Positions 39,712-50,026 of a stretch of DNA of 64,000 nucleotides are shown here, one piece after another. The stretch lies in NCBI GenBank assembly GCA_965223265.1, contig OZ244999.1:7680001-7744000 (forward strand), given 5' to 3'. Every line of letters begins with the position of its first letter. The first letter of the stretch is position 1. Origin of the DNA: Planctomycetota bacterium. Its GTDB lineage: Bacteria > Planctomycetota > UBA8108 > SXIK01. Below the pieces are notes generated by a model. That model saw only the letters and a list, made by a program, of their open reading frames with translations. It was not told where the DNA came from and made no database searches. A program made the translations under genes and the position numbers.

Positions 39712-42066
39712 ATGTCTGCCCTCGCTTGTCGGCCGTTCACGCTTTTCGTGACGTACGCGTCGTTGATCGCAGCGCCATCGATGCTCGTAGCCGACGACAC
39801 GTTCGTCGGCACCGCACCACTGAACATTGAAGGCGACATCGCCTCGCTCATGATCGACGAGCTCGATGCGTTCCTGCTGCGCGAGACGGGCGCAGCCATG
39901 GCGCGCCGCGCTCGCCACTGGCGCCGCGACACGACATCAGCCGCAGCCTACGAGACGTCGATCGAGCCGAATCGCGATCGATTCAAGAAATCCGTTGGCA
40001 TTCAGGAAGAGCGCTTGGCGACTGCAGCTTTACAGCTCGTCGCGTCGACGTCTGCGCCCGCGCGCCTAGCCAGCGGACCAGGTTACGAAATCGTTGCGGT
40101 GCGTTGGCCCGTCTTTCACGGTGTGCACGGCGAGGGGCTTCTCTTGCGACCGACCGACCGGCAACCGGTCGCGCACGTCGTCGCCATTCCCGACGCGGCT
40201 CAGACACCAGAAATGATCGCTGGCATCGCCCCAGGAATCGCACCCGAGTCGCAGTTCGCCGCTCGACTTGCAGCTATCGGCTGCGTTGTCGTGGTGCCGA
40301 CGCTCATCGACCGCGGCGATGAGTTTTCAACTATGTCGGCCGACCTCGTCACATTCGATCCGTCGGTCGGCCGCAAGATCGACCTGACGCATCGAGAATT
40401 CATCTATCGGGCGGCGTTCGAAATGGGCCGCCACGTGATCGGCTACGAGATCCAGAAGGTCCTCGCCGCCGTCGACTGGTTCGAGAATCGAGATGCAGCG
40501 CTGCCGCGCCTCGTCGTCGGCTACGGCGAAGGTGGACTCTTGGCGCTCTACGCCGCGGCGATCGATCGCCGCATCGCCGTCGCCGGAGTCAGCGGTTACT
40601 TCGAGTCAAGACAAGAGCTGTGGCGAGAACCACTGGATCGCAACGTCTTCGGTCTCCTCGATGAGTTCGGGGACGCTGAAATCGCCAGCCTCATCGCGCC
40701 TCGCGCACTCGTCGTCGAGGCAAGTCGCGGTCCAGAGTTTGCGATTGAACCGCAGAAGTCGCGCGGCGGACCAGGGCGCTTGCGCACGCCCCCGTTATCA
40801 TCGGTGCGCGCGGAGCTTGAACGCGCGCGTCGTTTAGTAGGCGCACTCAAGCCAAGGCCGGCCCTCGAGTTGGTCGTCTCCGGCGACGGAACAGGGGCGT
40901 TCGGCAGTATCGAATTCCTGCAGCGAGTGCTTGAGCTCGCCGGCGTTCAAGAGAAACCGCCCGAGTCGAGTCCTGCAGCGCGTGTGGTCCGTAGCATCGA
41001 CACCGCTCGAAGGCAGCAGCGGCAAGTGCTCGAGCTCGACGCGTTTTCGCAGTTTCTCCTGCGCGAATCCGAAGGCCGACGCGACGCCTTCTGGTCGCGG
41101 GCCGACCGCAAATCGCGTTCGGTGGAAAAATGGCTCGAGAGCGTCGAATTCTATCGGCGGTATTTGTACGACGAAGTCATCGGCCGCTTTGCACAGTCAC
41201 TCACGGACCCGAAGCCTCGGACGCGAAAGATCTTCGCAACGTCGGCGTTCACGGGCTATCAAGTCGTGCTCGACTGTTTTCCTGGCGTGTTTGCCTACGG
41301 CATCCTTCTGGTACCGAACGATGTGCGCTCGGGTGATCGACGCCCGGTCGTCGTTTGCCAACACGGACTCGAAGGCCGCCCGCGCGACGCGGCCGACCCG
41401 AGCATCGAGAGTCCATACTACCATCAGTACGCCTGTCGCTTGGCAGAGCGCGGCTTCATCACCTACGCACCGCAGAACATCTATATCTTCGGTGATCGGT
41501 TCCGCACTCTGCAGCGCAAGGCGAATCCGCTCAAGAAGACACTCTTCTCGATCATGGTGCCGCAGCACCAACAGCTCGTGAACTGGCTCGCGACACTGCC
41601 CATAGTCGACCCGGAACGGATCGCGTTCTACGGGCTCTCATACGGCGGCAAGACGGCGATGCGGGTCCCACCGCTCGTCGACGGTTACTGTCTGTCGATC
41701 TGCTCCGCGGACTTCAACGAGTGGATCTGGAAGAATGTCTCGACGCGAAGTCGATATAGTTACGTCGGCACCGGCGAATACGAGATCTTCGAGTTCGATC
41801 TCGGCAACACGTTCAACTACGCTGAGCTCGCCGGCCTGATCGCACCTCGGCCGTTTATGGTGGAGCGCGGACACCACGACGGCGTCGCGCCCGACACGCA
41901 GGTGGCGTACGAGTTCGCGCGCGTTCGTCGCCTCTACACCGACCTTCGCATCCCCGAGCGTACCGAGATTGAGTTCTTCGATGGCCCGCACACCATCCAC
42001 GGCGTCCGGACGTTCGAGTTCCTTCACAACCATTTGCGCTGGCCACGGCCGACGGGACGCGAGTGA
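39712..42066 (+). CDS. Secreted two-domain alpha/beta-hydrolase (dienelactone hydrolase / acetyl esterase-like)
   Basis: VVCQHGLEG, RIAFYGLSYGG, ERGHHDGV, GPHTI; GGAG RBS before ATG 39712. Confidence 0.8.
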   Translation: MSALACRPFTLFVTYASLIAAPSMLVADDTFVGTAPLNIEGDIASLMIDELDAFLLRETGAAMARRARHWRRDTTSAAAYETSIEPNRDRFKKSVGIQEERLATAALQLVASTSAPARLASGPGYEIVAVRWPVFHGVHGEGLLLRPTDRQPVAHVVAIPDAAQTPEMIAGIAPGIAPESQFAARLAAIGCVVVVPTLIDRGDEFSTMSADLVTFDPSVGRKIDLTHREFIYRAAFEMGRHVIGYEIQKVLAAVDWFENRDAALPRLVVGYGEGGLLALYAAAIDRRIAVAGVSGYFESRQELWREPLDRNVFGLLDEFGDAEIASLIAPRALVVEASRGPEFAIEPQKSRGGPGRLRTPPLSSVRAELERARRLVGALKPRPALELVVSGDGTGAFGSIEFLQRVLELAGVQEKPPESSPAARVVRSIDTARRQQRQVLELDAFSQFLLRESEGRRDAFWSRADRKSRSVEKWLESVEFYRRYLYDEVIGRFAQSLTDPKPRTRKIFATSAFTGYQVVLDCFPGVFAYGILLVPNDVRSGDRRPVVVCQHGLEGRPRDAADPSIESPYYHQYACRLAERGFITYAPQNIYIFGDRFRTLQRKANPLKKTLFSIMVPQHQQLVNWLATLPIVDPERIAFYGLSYGGKTAMRVPPLVDGYCLSICSADFNEWIWKNVSTRSRYSYVGTGEYEIFEFDLGNTFNYAELAGLIAPRPFMVERGHHDGVAPDTQVAYEFARVRRLYTDLRIPERTEIEFFDGPHTIHGVRTFEFLHNHLRWPRPTGRE

Positions 42067-42154
42067 TTGACGAAGGGGTGTCAACGCGGCGAAACTGGAA
42101 GTCCGGCAAACGCGTCGTGTCCTTCCGGCGTGCGAGCGAGCTCGCTGCGCGCCG

Positions 42155-43669
42155 TCAGTGCCGCTCGCCGTCGTACGAGGCCGCGAACGCCCTGCCTTCG
42201 CGGCGCCAGCGGCGGATCTCCTCGATGACCTCGGCGTGCGACTTACTGAGCGGCACGACCTCGTCGATCGCGTGCAGGAGATCCTCCTGACGCACCTCGC
42301 GGTGCTCATCAGCCAGCGCCGTGAACTGCGCCTCACGCACGACCTGCTCGATCTCGCGACCGACGAATCCCTTCGTTCTCTCGACGAGCTCCTTCAGCTC
42401 GAAGCGGCGCTCTGGGAAGGCCTCTCCGGCCTTGCTCAGGTGAATCGAAAAGATCTGCTTTCGTTCGTCGGCGCGTGGCAAGTCGAGAAAGAACGTACGG
42501 TCGAATCGACTCATGAGCTCAGGTGGCAAACCCTCGACGTCGTTCGCCGTGGCGAAGACAAAGACCGGCGACTTACGCTCCTGCATCCACGTCAGGAAAG
42601 TCCCGAAGACGCGCGACGCGGCGCCGCTGGAAAGACCGCTCGCGGCCACTGACGAGCCGGCGAACGCCTTTTCCATCTCGTCGATCCACAGAATGCACGG
42701 GCTCACAGTTTCCGCCAACTGAATCGCCTGGCGCATGTTGCCCTCTGACTCGCCGACGTACGCTCCAAAGAGTGCGCCGACGTCGAGACGCAAAAGCGGC
42801 ATCTTCCACAGCCCGGAGAGCAGCTTCGCGCACAGGCTCTTTCCCGTGCCAGGAATGCCAATCAACGCAACGCCACGCGGGTAAGGCACGTGCGCGGCGC
42901 GCGCCAGCGGCGTGAAACCGACGGCACGCTTCTTCAGCCACGCCTTCAGAGCCTCCAAACCGCCAACGCTCGCCTCACCCTCTTCCGCCGGCCAATACTC
43001 AAGCGCGCCGTTTTCGCGAATGATCTCCCGCTTCGTCGACGTCACGATCTCGATGCCGCGATCATCGAAGCAGCGGTATCGCGCCATGACGCGCGAAAAC
43101 GCCAGCCGCGCCTGATTCGTCGTCAATCCGAGCGCCGAGGAAATCAGACGCTCCTTGACGGCCTGGTCAGGGAGTACGCTGTCGAGCAGATGCGCCGTGA
43201 GTTTGTCGAACAGCGCGGTCAGCTCCTCCTCGTCGGGCAGCGGCACGTGCGTCACGACCACATCGTCGCGCAGCTCAGCTGGCAGCTCCGAGCACGGCGT
43301 CGTGAAAAGCAGAAAAATCCGGCGGGCACGCAGCTGCGGCGCCATGTTACGCAGCTTCCGCGTGGTCACCGCGGGGAATTGGCGCCAGACCTGGTGAAAA
43401 TCGCGCAGGACGAAAATGTGACCAGTCGGTGAACTGTCGTGAATGTAACCAAGCACACCGTCGGGACTGCAGTCGCGGTGCGGAAACGCAGCCTCGCCTC
43501 GACGAATCGATCGAAAACCGTCTGCGATGTCCCAAACAGTAATGCCCAGCTTTTCCGCCGCCTCAATCGCTCCAAGCAGCCGCACGATGCGATCTTCCTC
43601 GTAGGTGATCAGATTCACCAGAGGTACGCCGGCGGCAAGAAGCGAAGAGAGCTCGTCCTTAATACTCAC
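42155..43669 (-). CDS. Ycf46-like AAA+ ATPase
   Basis: TYEEDR, LRDFH, VGGLEALK.WL..R, Walker A GIPGTGKS, YVGESE, Walker B LWIDEMEK, ATAN..LPPE..RFD, VPLS. Confidence 0.92.
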   Translation of the reverse strand: MSIKDELSSLLAAGVPLVNLITYEEDRIVRLLGAIEAAEKLGITVWDIADGFRSIRRGEAAFPHRDCSPDGVLGYIHDSSPTGHIFVLRDFHQVWRQFPAVTTRKLRNMAPQLRARRIFLLFTTPCSELPAELRDDVVVTHVPLPDEEELTALFDKLTAHLLDSVLPDQAVKERLISSALGLTTNQARLAFSRVMARYRCFDDRGIEIVTSTKREIIRENGALEYWPAEEGEASVGGLEALKAWLKKRAVGFTPLARAAHVPYPRGVALIGIPGTGKSLCAKLLSGLWKMPLLRLDVGALFGAYVGESEGNMRQAIQLAETVSPCILWIDEMEKAFAGSSVAASGLSSGAASRVFGTFLTWMQERKSPVFVFATANDVEGLPPELMSRFDRTFFLDLPRADERKQIFSIHLSKAGEAFPERRFELKELVERTKGFVGREIEQVVREAQFTALADEHREVRQEDLLHAIDEVVPLSKSHAEVIEEIRRWRREGRAFAASYDGERH

Positions 43670-43899
43670 GGTGCGATTCGCTTTTCAAAAACCAACCAAG
43701 ACCCAATCAGATGATCGAACACAACGATTCGCCAACGAAGCATGGCGCTCGGCGGAGTCTCGAGAACGCACCGAGCGGCCCGCGCTCGAGTCACGCGGTG
43801 ATGCGCTGGACTCTTCCGCAGAGCGCGCGAAGAACTGCTGGCGATCTACGAGCGGACGGGGAATCAGGCCGTGAGTTGGCGGGCGCCGCAGGCAGTGAG

Positions 43900-45567
43900 T
43901 TACAGACGAACGACAGGATGATCGACCAGCAGAACGCGATCGGCCAACTGATCTTCGACGGTAACAAGGAGGCGGCGCATGGAATCGATGCAAAACGTGC
44001 ACAGAAACCGGCGCGCGTCACGGCTCATTTCGATCGGTGGGTCAGCAATGATGAACGTCGGATTGTTGTGATTCAGGCAAATGTATTCGTACTGTGACGC
44101 AACGCGACTCAGATCGCGCAGCGCGCCGCTCTCGTCGACAAGCGCCATGTCGAGACCACGCTTCTGCATTTGCGAGACCTCAAACACCTTGATGCCGATG
44201 CGGCGCATTCCATCGTAGCTTCCTTTCGCCCAAAAGCGAACTCGCTCGCTTTCAGAAGTGGGATATTCGGCACCGCAATGAAACAGGGCCTTGAACTCGT
44301 AGTCGCGCCGTTCGCTGCTGTAGCTTTCCACGGCGTAGTCGTGCTGCAGGATCGGCGTGACAACACCCTTACAAGCGCCACACGCTACAGCGGCGAACGG
44401 ACTCTCCAAGGCGACTTTGTTCGGAAAGGCCTCGGCAAGGAAGGCGCGCACCGCCGGCACTAAGCTCGTACCACCGGTGACCAAGACGCGCCGAAGGTCG
44501 CTACGGCGAACGCCGGCCTTGATCGCGGCGTTCTCGAGGGCTCGATCTACGGTTTCCCGAACGAGTCGAAGAAAGTCGTGCCGACCGAGTAGGCATCCAA
44601 GGCAGGAGGTCAAATCGTCAGCAACCTCGGGGTGAACGGTCCGCGAACTCTGCTTTGATGCCACACCGCAGCGAGGACAACTGCGGACGTATGTCGTCCG
44701 CAGTGGTGTCGAGACGCCATCGGCCGCGCGTCGAGTCGCAGCGGGAAGTACAAGATCCTGCGCTTCGACGCTGGGACGCGAAAGGTCCATCTTCACCTGC
44801 TCGGCAGCAACCAAAAGCACCGGCTCAAGGCGACGCCTGGCGGCTGCATCGATCTCGTGGCGCTCGCAAAAATCGGCGACCATCCAGGAATCGATGTCCA
44901 TGCCGCCAAGGTCCAGGCCAGCCTTGCCGAGCTGAACGGCCTTGCGCCCGCTCGCGCTCTCGAGGTCGAGCCGTACCACGGAGACGTCAAGGGTTCCGCA
45001 GCCGAAATCGAAGATGAGAAAGCGATCATCCCGCCGCGCCGTGACGTCGTGACCGAGGATGCACGCGGTCGCCTCGTCGAGAGGTCGCACCCGCCGCACG
45101 CCGATCGATTCTGCGACACCGAGGAGCCAATCCTCGAAGTCCTCAAAGGCCTCGACCGGAGCGGTCAACGTGAACTCGTCGTCAGCGAACGATATTTGAT
45201 CCTGGAGATAGTTAAGGGTCAGGGTCAAAAAATCCGCCGCGGCCTGCTGAGCTGTTTTAGGGCCATTCGGGGTTTTCTTGACCTTCGTCGACCCGATCGC
45301 AATGCTGCGTTTCATCCAACGAAACGTTTGCGGATGTTCGACGAGATCGCCCGCGACAACCTGACCGCCGATCAGCGTACGCTCGCCCTGGTAGTGAATC
45401 AGAGTTGGAATCAAGTGGATCGTGCGAACGTCGTCTTCGGAACGCATGCGATAGCGAACAGCGCGCGAAATCCCCGGCAGCGCCAGCGATTGGACGTCAC
45501 CGCTGTCGGCGTCGAGCCGAGCCACGAGGGTGTTGCTAGTGCCAAAGTCGACCGCGATATGGCTCAT
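43900..45567 (-). CDS. Atypical Hsp70/DnaK-superfamily ATPase
   Basis: VDFGTSNT, DEATA, FDFGCGTLDVS, LGGMDID, AEQVKMDLS, VTGGTSLVP, AVACGA; short beta-rich C-terminus. Confidence 0.9.
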   Translation of the reverse strand: MSHIAVDFGTSNTLVARLDADSGDVQSLALPGISRAVRYRMRSEDDVRTIHLIPTLIHYQGERTLIGGQVVAGDLVEHPQTFRWMKRSIAIGSTKVKKTPNGPKTAQQAAADFLTLTLNYLQDQISFADDEFTLTAPVEAFEDFEDWLLGVAESIGVRRVRPLDEATACILGHDVTARRDDRFLIFDFGCGTLDVSVVRLDLESASGRKAVQLGKAGLDLGGMDIDSWMVADFCERHEIDAAARRRLEPVLLVAAEQVKMDLSRPSVEAQDLVLPAATRRAADGVSTPLRTTYVRSCPRCGVASKQSSRTVHPEVADDLTSCLGCLLGRHDFLRLVRETVDRALENAAIKAGVRRSDLRRVLVTGGTSLVPAVRAFLAEAFPNKVALESPFAAVACGACKGVVTPILQHDYAVESYSSERRDYEFKALFHCGAEYPTSESERVRFWAKGSYDGMRRIGIKVFEVSQMQKRGLDMALVDESGALRDLSRVASQYEYICLNHNNPTFIIADPPIEMSRDARRFLCTFCIDSMRRLLVTVEDQLADRVLLVDHPVVRL

Positions 45568-46892
45568 CGTCCTGCGGAGCCTCCGGCGGTCTCGTCTCGA
45601 CCGTGCTCATCCGACTCCGACGCGGCAAGCTCGAGTTCGTCGACCGGTTCGAACTCACCGACGTCGTAGTCAACCTCGACGACCAGCGGCTCAAAGCTCC
45701 CGGTCGTCATGCGATAGGTGAGCACCAGTTGCAGAAGCCCGCGGGCGACCCCGAGAGATCCGCGCCACGCCTCCGGCGGCGCTGCGGCGAGACGTTCGAG
45801 CACGCTCGGCGTCGCGCGCGACGGTGGAAGCAGAAGCACGTGAGCGTCGGCGGGCAGCGCGCCAACCCAGCCCACCGGATCGATGATCTCGTCGTGGGTT
45901 ACGTCGTAGGTAACCCCTGTCAAGTAGCCGGCCAACCGCACGAGCCAGTGGCCGTGCTCTTCGACGGCCGCCGCGGCGTCGCTCAACGGTGACAATCGAC
46001 CCGCCAACGCGCCGACGATGCGCACTCCCTCGACCGGCTCGCAACTGTCGAGTCGTTCAAGGAGCACGCTGATCGATTCAGAAGCCAAAGCGCTGTCCCG
46101 GCCCTCGCGCAGCCACCCGTCGATGAGCGGATGAATGCTCGCAGCTGGACGAGGAGTGGGTGGTATGAGATCGCCCAAGCAGTCAAGCAGATCCTGCAGC
46201 AACTCGCGCTGCAGCGCGTCGTCGGGCTGCCAGTTAGCACGACCAAGGACGCGCAGCGCAGGGATGCCGTGGACAAGCGGCACTTCGATGATCGCACAGA
46301 AGAGTCGGTGCCAATCCTGATGCTTGATGAACGAGCGCACCGCAGCCTTGATCTCACTGTCGCTACACTCCGCGAGTGGTTTACGCTGCGCGAAAAAGCC
46401 GATGCAACGTCGATCCCCGCCGCGAACGATCTCGAGAACCTGTTGACGCAGTTCACCGCAGCCTCGCTCATACTCGAGGCGCAGGTTCTGAAAATTGCAG
46501 TCGGAGTCAAAATAGGCATCCATCTGCCGAGTGAGAAAGAGGAAAAGTGACGCTCTCTCGTCGTCGCGGGGTCGCATCCCGGTCTTGATGCAGATGCGTG
46601 CCGCGGCGCCGTGAGGGTCCTGGATCGCGGCTTCACACAACGCGTCGATGGCAACGTCACTCTTGAGTGACGCGAGCGCGTTGTGTGCTGTCGACGCAAC
46701 AGAAGCATCGATATGCTCAAGCGCTTCCACGAGAAGAGGAACCGCCTGTGGACGCTCACGATGCAGCACGAGCTTCCGCGCGGCGTGTCTCCAGCGCCAA
46801 CCGCGGAGAATCGGCAAGCGAGAGCCAAGACGCGACCGTAAGCGAGCGAGATCCCGATCTAGGGTGCTCGTTTGATCGTTTGGGACTCTCAT
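45564..46892 (-). CDS. HEAT/ARM-like alpha-helical repeat protein of unknown function
   Basis: AVPLLVEAL..VASTAHNALASL HEAT-like repeat; acidic C-terminus; ATGA overlap with the Hsp70 gene. Confidence 0.7.
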   Translation of the reverse strand: MRVPNDQTSTLDRDLARLRSRLGSRLPILRGWRWRHAARKLVLHRERPQAVPLLVEALEHIDASVASTAHNALASLKSDVAIDALCEAAIQDPHGAAARICIKTGMRPRDDERASLFLFLTRQMDAYFDSDCNFQNLRLEYERGCGELRQQVLEIVRGGDRRCIGFFAQRKPLAECSDSEIKAAVRSFIKHQDWHRLFCAIIEVPLVHGIPALRVLGRANWQPDDALQRELLQDLLDCLGDLIPPTPRPAASIHPLIDGWLREGRDSALASESISVLLERLDSCEPVEGVRIVGALAGRLSPLSDAAAAVEEHGHWLVRLAGYLTGVTYDVTHDEIIDPVGWVGALPADAHVLLLPPSRATPSVLERLAAAPPEAWRGSLGVARGLLQLVLTYRMTTGSFEPLVVEVDYDVGEFEPVDELELAASESDEHGRDETAGGSAGR

Positions 46893-46894
46893 CG

Positions 46895-47680
46895 TCAGCG
46901 CCTTCTGAACGCGCCACGGCGCTCGTCCATGGCGACGCGGAATCCGTAGTGGGTGTCGCCCTCGTCAGGCTCGTGTCCATGACGGTACGCGGCCCGAAAG
47001 TTCTCCGCTGCGGTGTTGAACCAGGAACCGCCGCGCGCAACGCGAAGGCGGTCAGTCTCTGGGACGGAAAAGTCGCCGCGGGCATAGCGCTTGTACGCGG
47101 TAGTCTCGAATCCGTCGACACACCACTCCCACACGTTACCGCTCATTTGATAGCAGCCCCAAACGCTACAGCCCTGGGGATAATCCCAGACGCCGGTGGT
47201 CGTCAAGTGGCGTCGAGTGAGATCATTGTGGCAGTGGCCTTCATGCCAGCCGCGTCCCCACGGATAGACTCGTCCGTCATCCCCGCGCGCACCCTTTTCC
47301 CACTCGAGCTCGCTCGGAAGTCGTGCACCCGCCCACTGACAGTAGGAGGTCGCCTCGTGCCAGGTGACGCCGACAACTGGGTGGTCAGCCTTTTCGGGCG
47401 GCAGCGAATCGGCGCTCCACTCGTTTCGATCGAGTTCGCTACGCAGCGGCGGTGACTCGCCCGTGGCATCGAGATAGAGCTTGTACTGCGCGTTCGTCAC
47501 AGGATGCAGTGCTAGATAGAATGCTGGGAGATCGACCCAAAACGGCTGGCAGTCACCTTCGTGAAAACTAGTCCCGCCAGCGAGAAACGGGCCGCGGGGA
47601 ATGCGCACAAGGAGTGTGCCGTCCTGATCGTTCCGTGCGAGCCAATCGACGCGCTCGCGAAGGGGGGCGGTGTCGGGCAT
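46895..47680 (-). CDS. Stand-alone formylglycine-generating-enzyme-like (FGE-sulfatase, CLec-fold) protein
   Basis: PVTNAQY, HPVVGVTW, RLPSELEWEKGARG, YPWG, MSGNVWEW, RGGSW, GFR; no signal peptide. Confidence 0.9.
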   Translation of the reverse strand: MPDTAPLRERVDWLARNDQDGTLLVRIPRGPFLAGGTSFHEGDCQPFWVDLPAFYLALHPVTNAQYKLYLDATGESPPLRSELDRNEWSADSLPPEKADHPVVGVTWHEATSYCQWAGARLPSELEWEKGARGDDGRVYPWGRGWHEGHCHNDLTRRHLTTTGVWDYPQGCSVWGCYQMSGNVWEWCVDGFETTAYKRYARGDFSVPETDRLRVARGGSWFNTAAENFRAAYRHGHEPDEGDTHYGFRVAMDERRGAFRRR

Positions 47681-47977
47681 GGTTCAGTGATGTGTTGCAG
47701 CGGTGTGTTGCAGCAGCGGGTGAGACAAAAACTCAGTTCCGTCGCACCAGCGCGCGGATGACTGTCCGGCGCCCAGTGTGATCGTTTATAGTATCACATG
47801 CTCGGGTGGGGATCCCGTTCTCGGACGGCGCACTGCCGTCGTTCTCACATCTTTCGCGTTCATGCTTTCGGCAGGTCGTGACCTCGCGCGCCGCGACCGC
47901 TCTCTCGAAGCCGCATCCTCATCGTCGCCCGATCACCATCTCAACACACTGAACGACGCCACCGAATCGAGGCCGCA

Positions 47978-50026
47978 ATGTACCCGATCCTTAACACCCG
48001 CAAATGGGCGACCCTGTTCTCTTTCATCAGCGCGACTCTGACCTTTGGCGCGCTTGGGCACGTTTTCGCGGCCGACGAACCGAAAGTTCCGCCTGTTGCT
48101 CGCGTGCTGAAGACTGACGCAGGTCCTGGTGAGTTTCACGTCTCTCCGGATTTCGGCATCGCCGGCGAATGGGGCACGTGGATCATCACTTATCGCGTTG
48201 GCGCACAAGGTATCGCTCGCGGTGGCGGCATCCGTGTGCAACTGCCTGACACTTGGCACTCCGGAGCGCGCAATTCCGCGAACCGCTTGCAGGCGACGGA
48301 TCCTACCGACAACCACCATGTCAGCTCTACCTGTTCACGATCCGACGTTCGCCTGCGCACAATCGTTGAAGCCGAGACTCCTCGCAAGTTGGTCAAGCAT
48401 GGAAAGCCGTCGCTCGACGGACGGTTGGAGCGCTACGTCTTCGTCGTGCGCGTCGTTGTCGCCGCGGGCTCACTCGCGGCCGGCGACCAGATCCAAGTGG
48501 TTTACGGCGATCGCCGCGGCGGCGGACGCGGCATGCTTGCTGGCGTTGTTGCGGCCGGACCCGAACCGGTGCTCGTTGCGCTCGATAGCGCAGGAACTGG
48601 CGAGTTTCGACTCCACGCGCGCCGCGACGTCTTGATGGAGTGCCTTCCTGGACCGGCAGTGGAGATGCTTCTGCACCTGCCGTCGAGCGCAGTGGTGAAC
48701 GAACGCGTTACCGGCCACGTCGCCCTTGTAGATCGTGAGAAGAACCCTGTCGCGCACAGCGCTGAGGTACACCTTGAGTTGACCCAAGGCCACGCAGCGT
48801 TTCCCGCCACCGTCGAGATCGAGCCTGACCGCGGCTACGCGACGTTCTCACTCGACGCTCAGTCGGTCGACGTCATTCGCCTTAGCGCCGAGGCGCACAC
48901 GCGCGGGCTCGCTGCGACCAGCAACCCACTCGAGGTGACGCCAGGAATCGGTTCGCGCGAGCGCTTGTTCTGGGGTGACCTCCACTCACACACGCACTAT
49001 AGCTGGGATGGGGTCGGCAACGACGCTTTTCGTTACGCGCGCCGTGTCTCCGGTCTCGACTTCTACGCCATGACGGATCACTCCAGGGCGCCGCAGGACG
49101 GCGTCACGCGGGGACTCGGGCACCACAATTGGGAGGCCTACAAGAAAGCGACCGACAATCACAACGCGCCCGGGGAGTTCGTGACGCTGCACGCATACGA
49201 ATGCTCCATGGGTCGACCGTACGGTCACCACAACGTGTTCTTTCGCGACCGCCCAGGTCCGCTTTACTACCCGTCAAAAAGCACACTACCACAGCTGTGG
49301 CGAGCGCTCTCCGCAGGTCAAGCCTTGACGATTCCGCACCACACCGGAAAGTTCCCTGCTGGTGTCCTCTTTCGGCCGCAGGACGACATGCTGCGTCGCA
49401 ACTTCGAGATCTACTCTGGCCACGGCCTCAGCGAAGCTTATGACCCAAAGCACCCATTGGCATTCGAGCACAGCCTCTTCACGTCCGATTCAAAAAGCTT
49501 ACGCGAGTCGACGTTCGCGCAGGACGTGTGGCGACAGGGCATCCTCTTATCGACGATCGCGGCCTCCGATGATCATCGCGCCCAACCAGGTCAGCCCCAC
49601 TACGGACTTGTCGCCGTTCGCGCCCACGAGCTGACGCGCGACGGTATCTTCCAGGCTCTCTTCGATCGCCGCACCTACGCTACGACTGGCGCGAAGATCA
49701 TCCTCGAGTTCTCCGTCGGCGGCCACCCAATGGGCTCGACTGTCTCTCTGAGCAAACCACCGAAAGTTCGCGTGCGAGCCATCGGTACGGACACAATCGC
49801 CTGGGTCGAAGTACTCCGCCTTGACGAGCGCGATGGCGAATTCGACGTCATTCAACGGTGGGAACCTCGAAGGGCTGAGTTTGAAGGCGCGTTCGTCGAT
49901 GAGAGCTATCGCCCTGGCTCGGTGTACTACACGCGCCTGCAGCAGGCTCGCGACATCCGCGAGCGCGCGGTGATGGCATGGTCGACGCCCGTCTGGACGA
50001 TGTTACTGAATGACGTCGAGCGCTAG
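47978..50026 (+). CDS. Secreted PHP-like metallohydrolase (DUF3604 / CehA-McbA-like)
   Basis: FWGDLHSHT, MTDH, AYE, GHHNV, IPHH, EIYSGHG, SDDH, RRTYATTG, AWSTPVW. Confidence 0.82.
   Translation: MYPILNTRKWATLFSFISATLTFGALGHVFAADEPKVPPVARVLKTDAGPGEFHVSPDFGIAGEWGTWIITYRVGAQGIARGGGIRVQLPDTWHSGARNSANRLQATDPTDNHHVSSTCSRSDVRLRTIVEAETPRKLVKHGKPSLDGRLERYVFVVRVVVAAGSLAAGDQIQVVYGDRRGGGRGMLAGVVAAGPEPVLVALDSAGTGEFRLHARRDVLMECLPGPAVEMLLHLPSSAVVNERVTGHVALVDREKNPVAHSAEVHLELTQGHAAFPATVEIEPDRGYATFSLDAQSVDVIRLSAEAHTRGLAATSNPLEVTPGIGSRERLFWGDLHSHTHYSWDGVGNDAFRYARRVSGLDFYAMTDHSRAPQDGVTRGLGHHNWEAYKKATDNHNAPGEFVTLHAYECSMGRPYGHHNVFFRDRPGPLYYPSKSTLPQLWRALSAGQALTIPHHTGKFPAGVLFRPQDDMLRRNFEIYSGHGLSEAYDPKHPLAFEHSLFTSDSKSLRESTFAQDVWRQGILLSTIAASDDHRAQPGQPHYGLVAVRAHELTRDGIFQALFDRRTYATTGAKIILEFSVGGHPMGSTVSLSKPPKVRVRAIGTDTIAWVEVLRLDERDGEFDVIQRWEPRRAEFEGAFVDESYRPGSVYYTRLQQARDIRERAVMAWSTPVWTMLLNDVER

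Noticed and set aside
43670-43899. Small gene (for example a DUF2997/DUF1257-like Ycf46 partner) between the Hsp70 and AAA genes
   Set aside because: No ORF with a credible start, RBS or family motif
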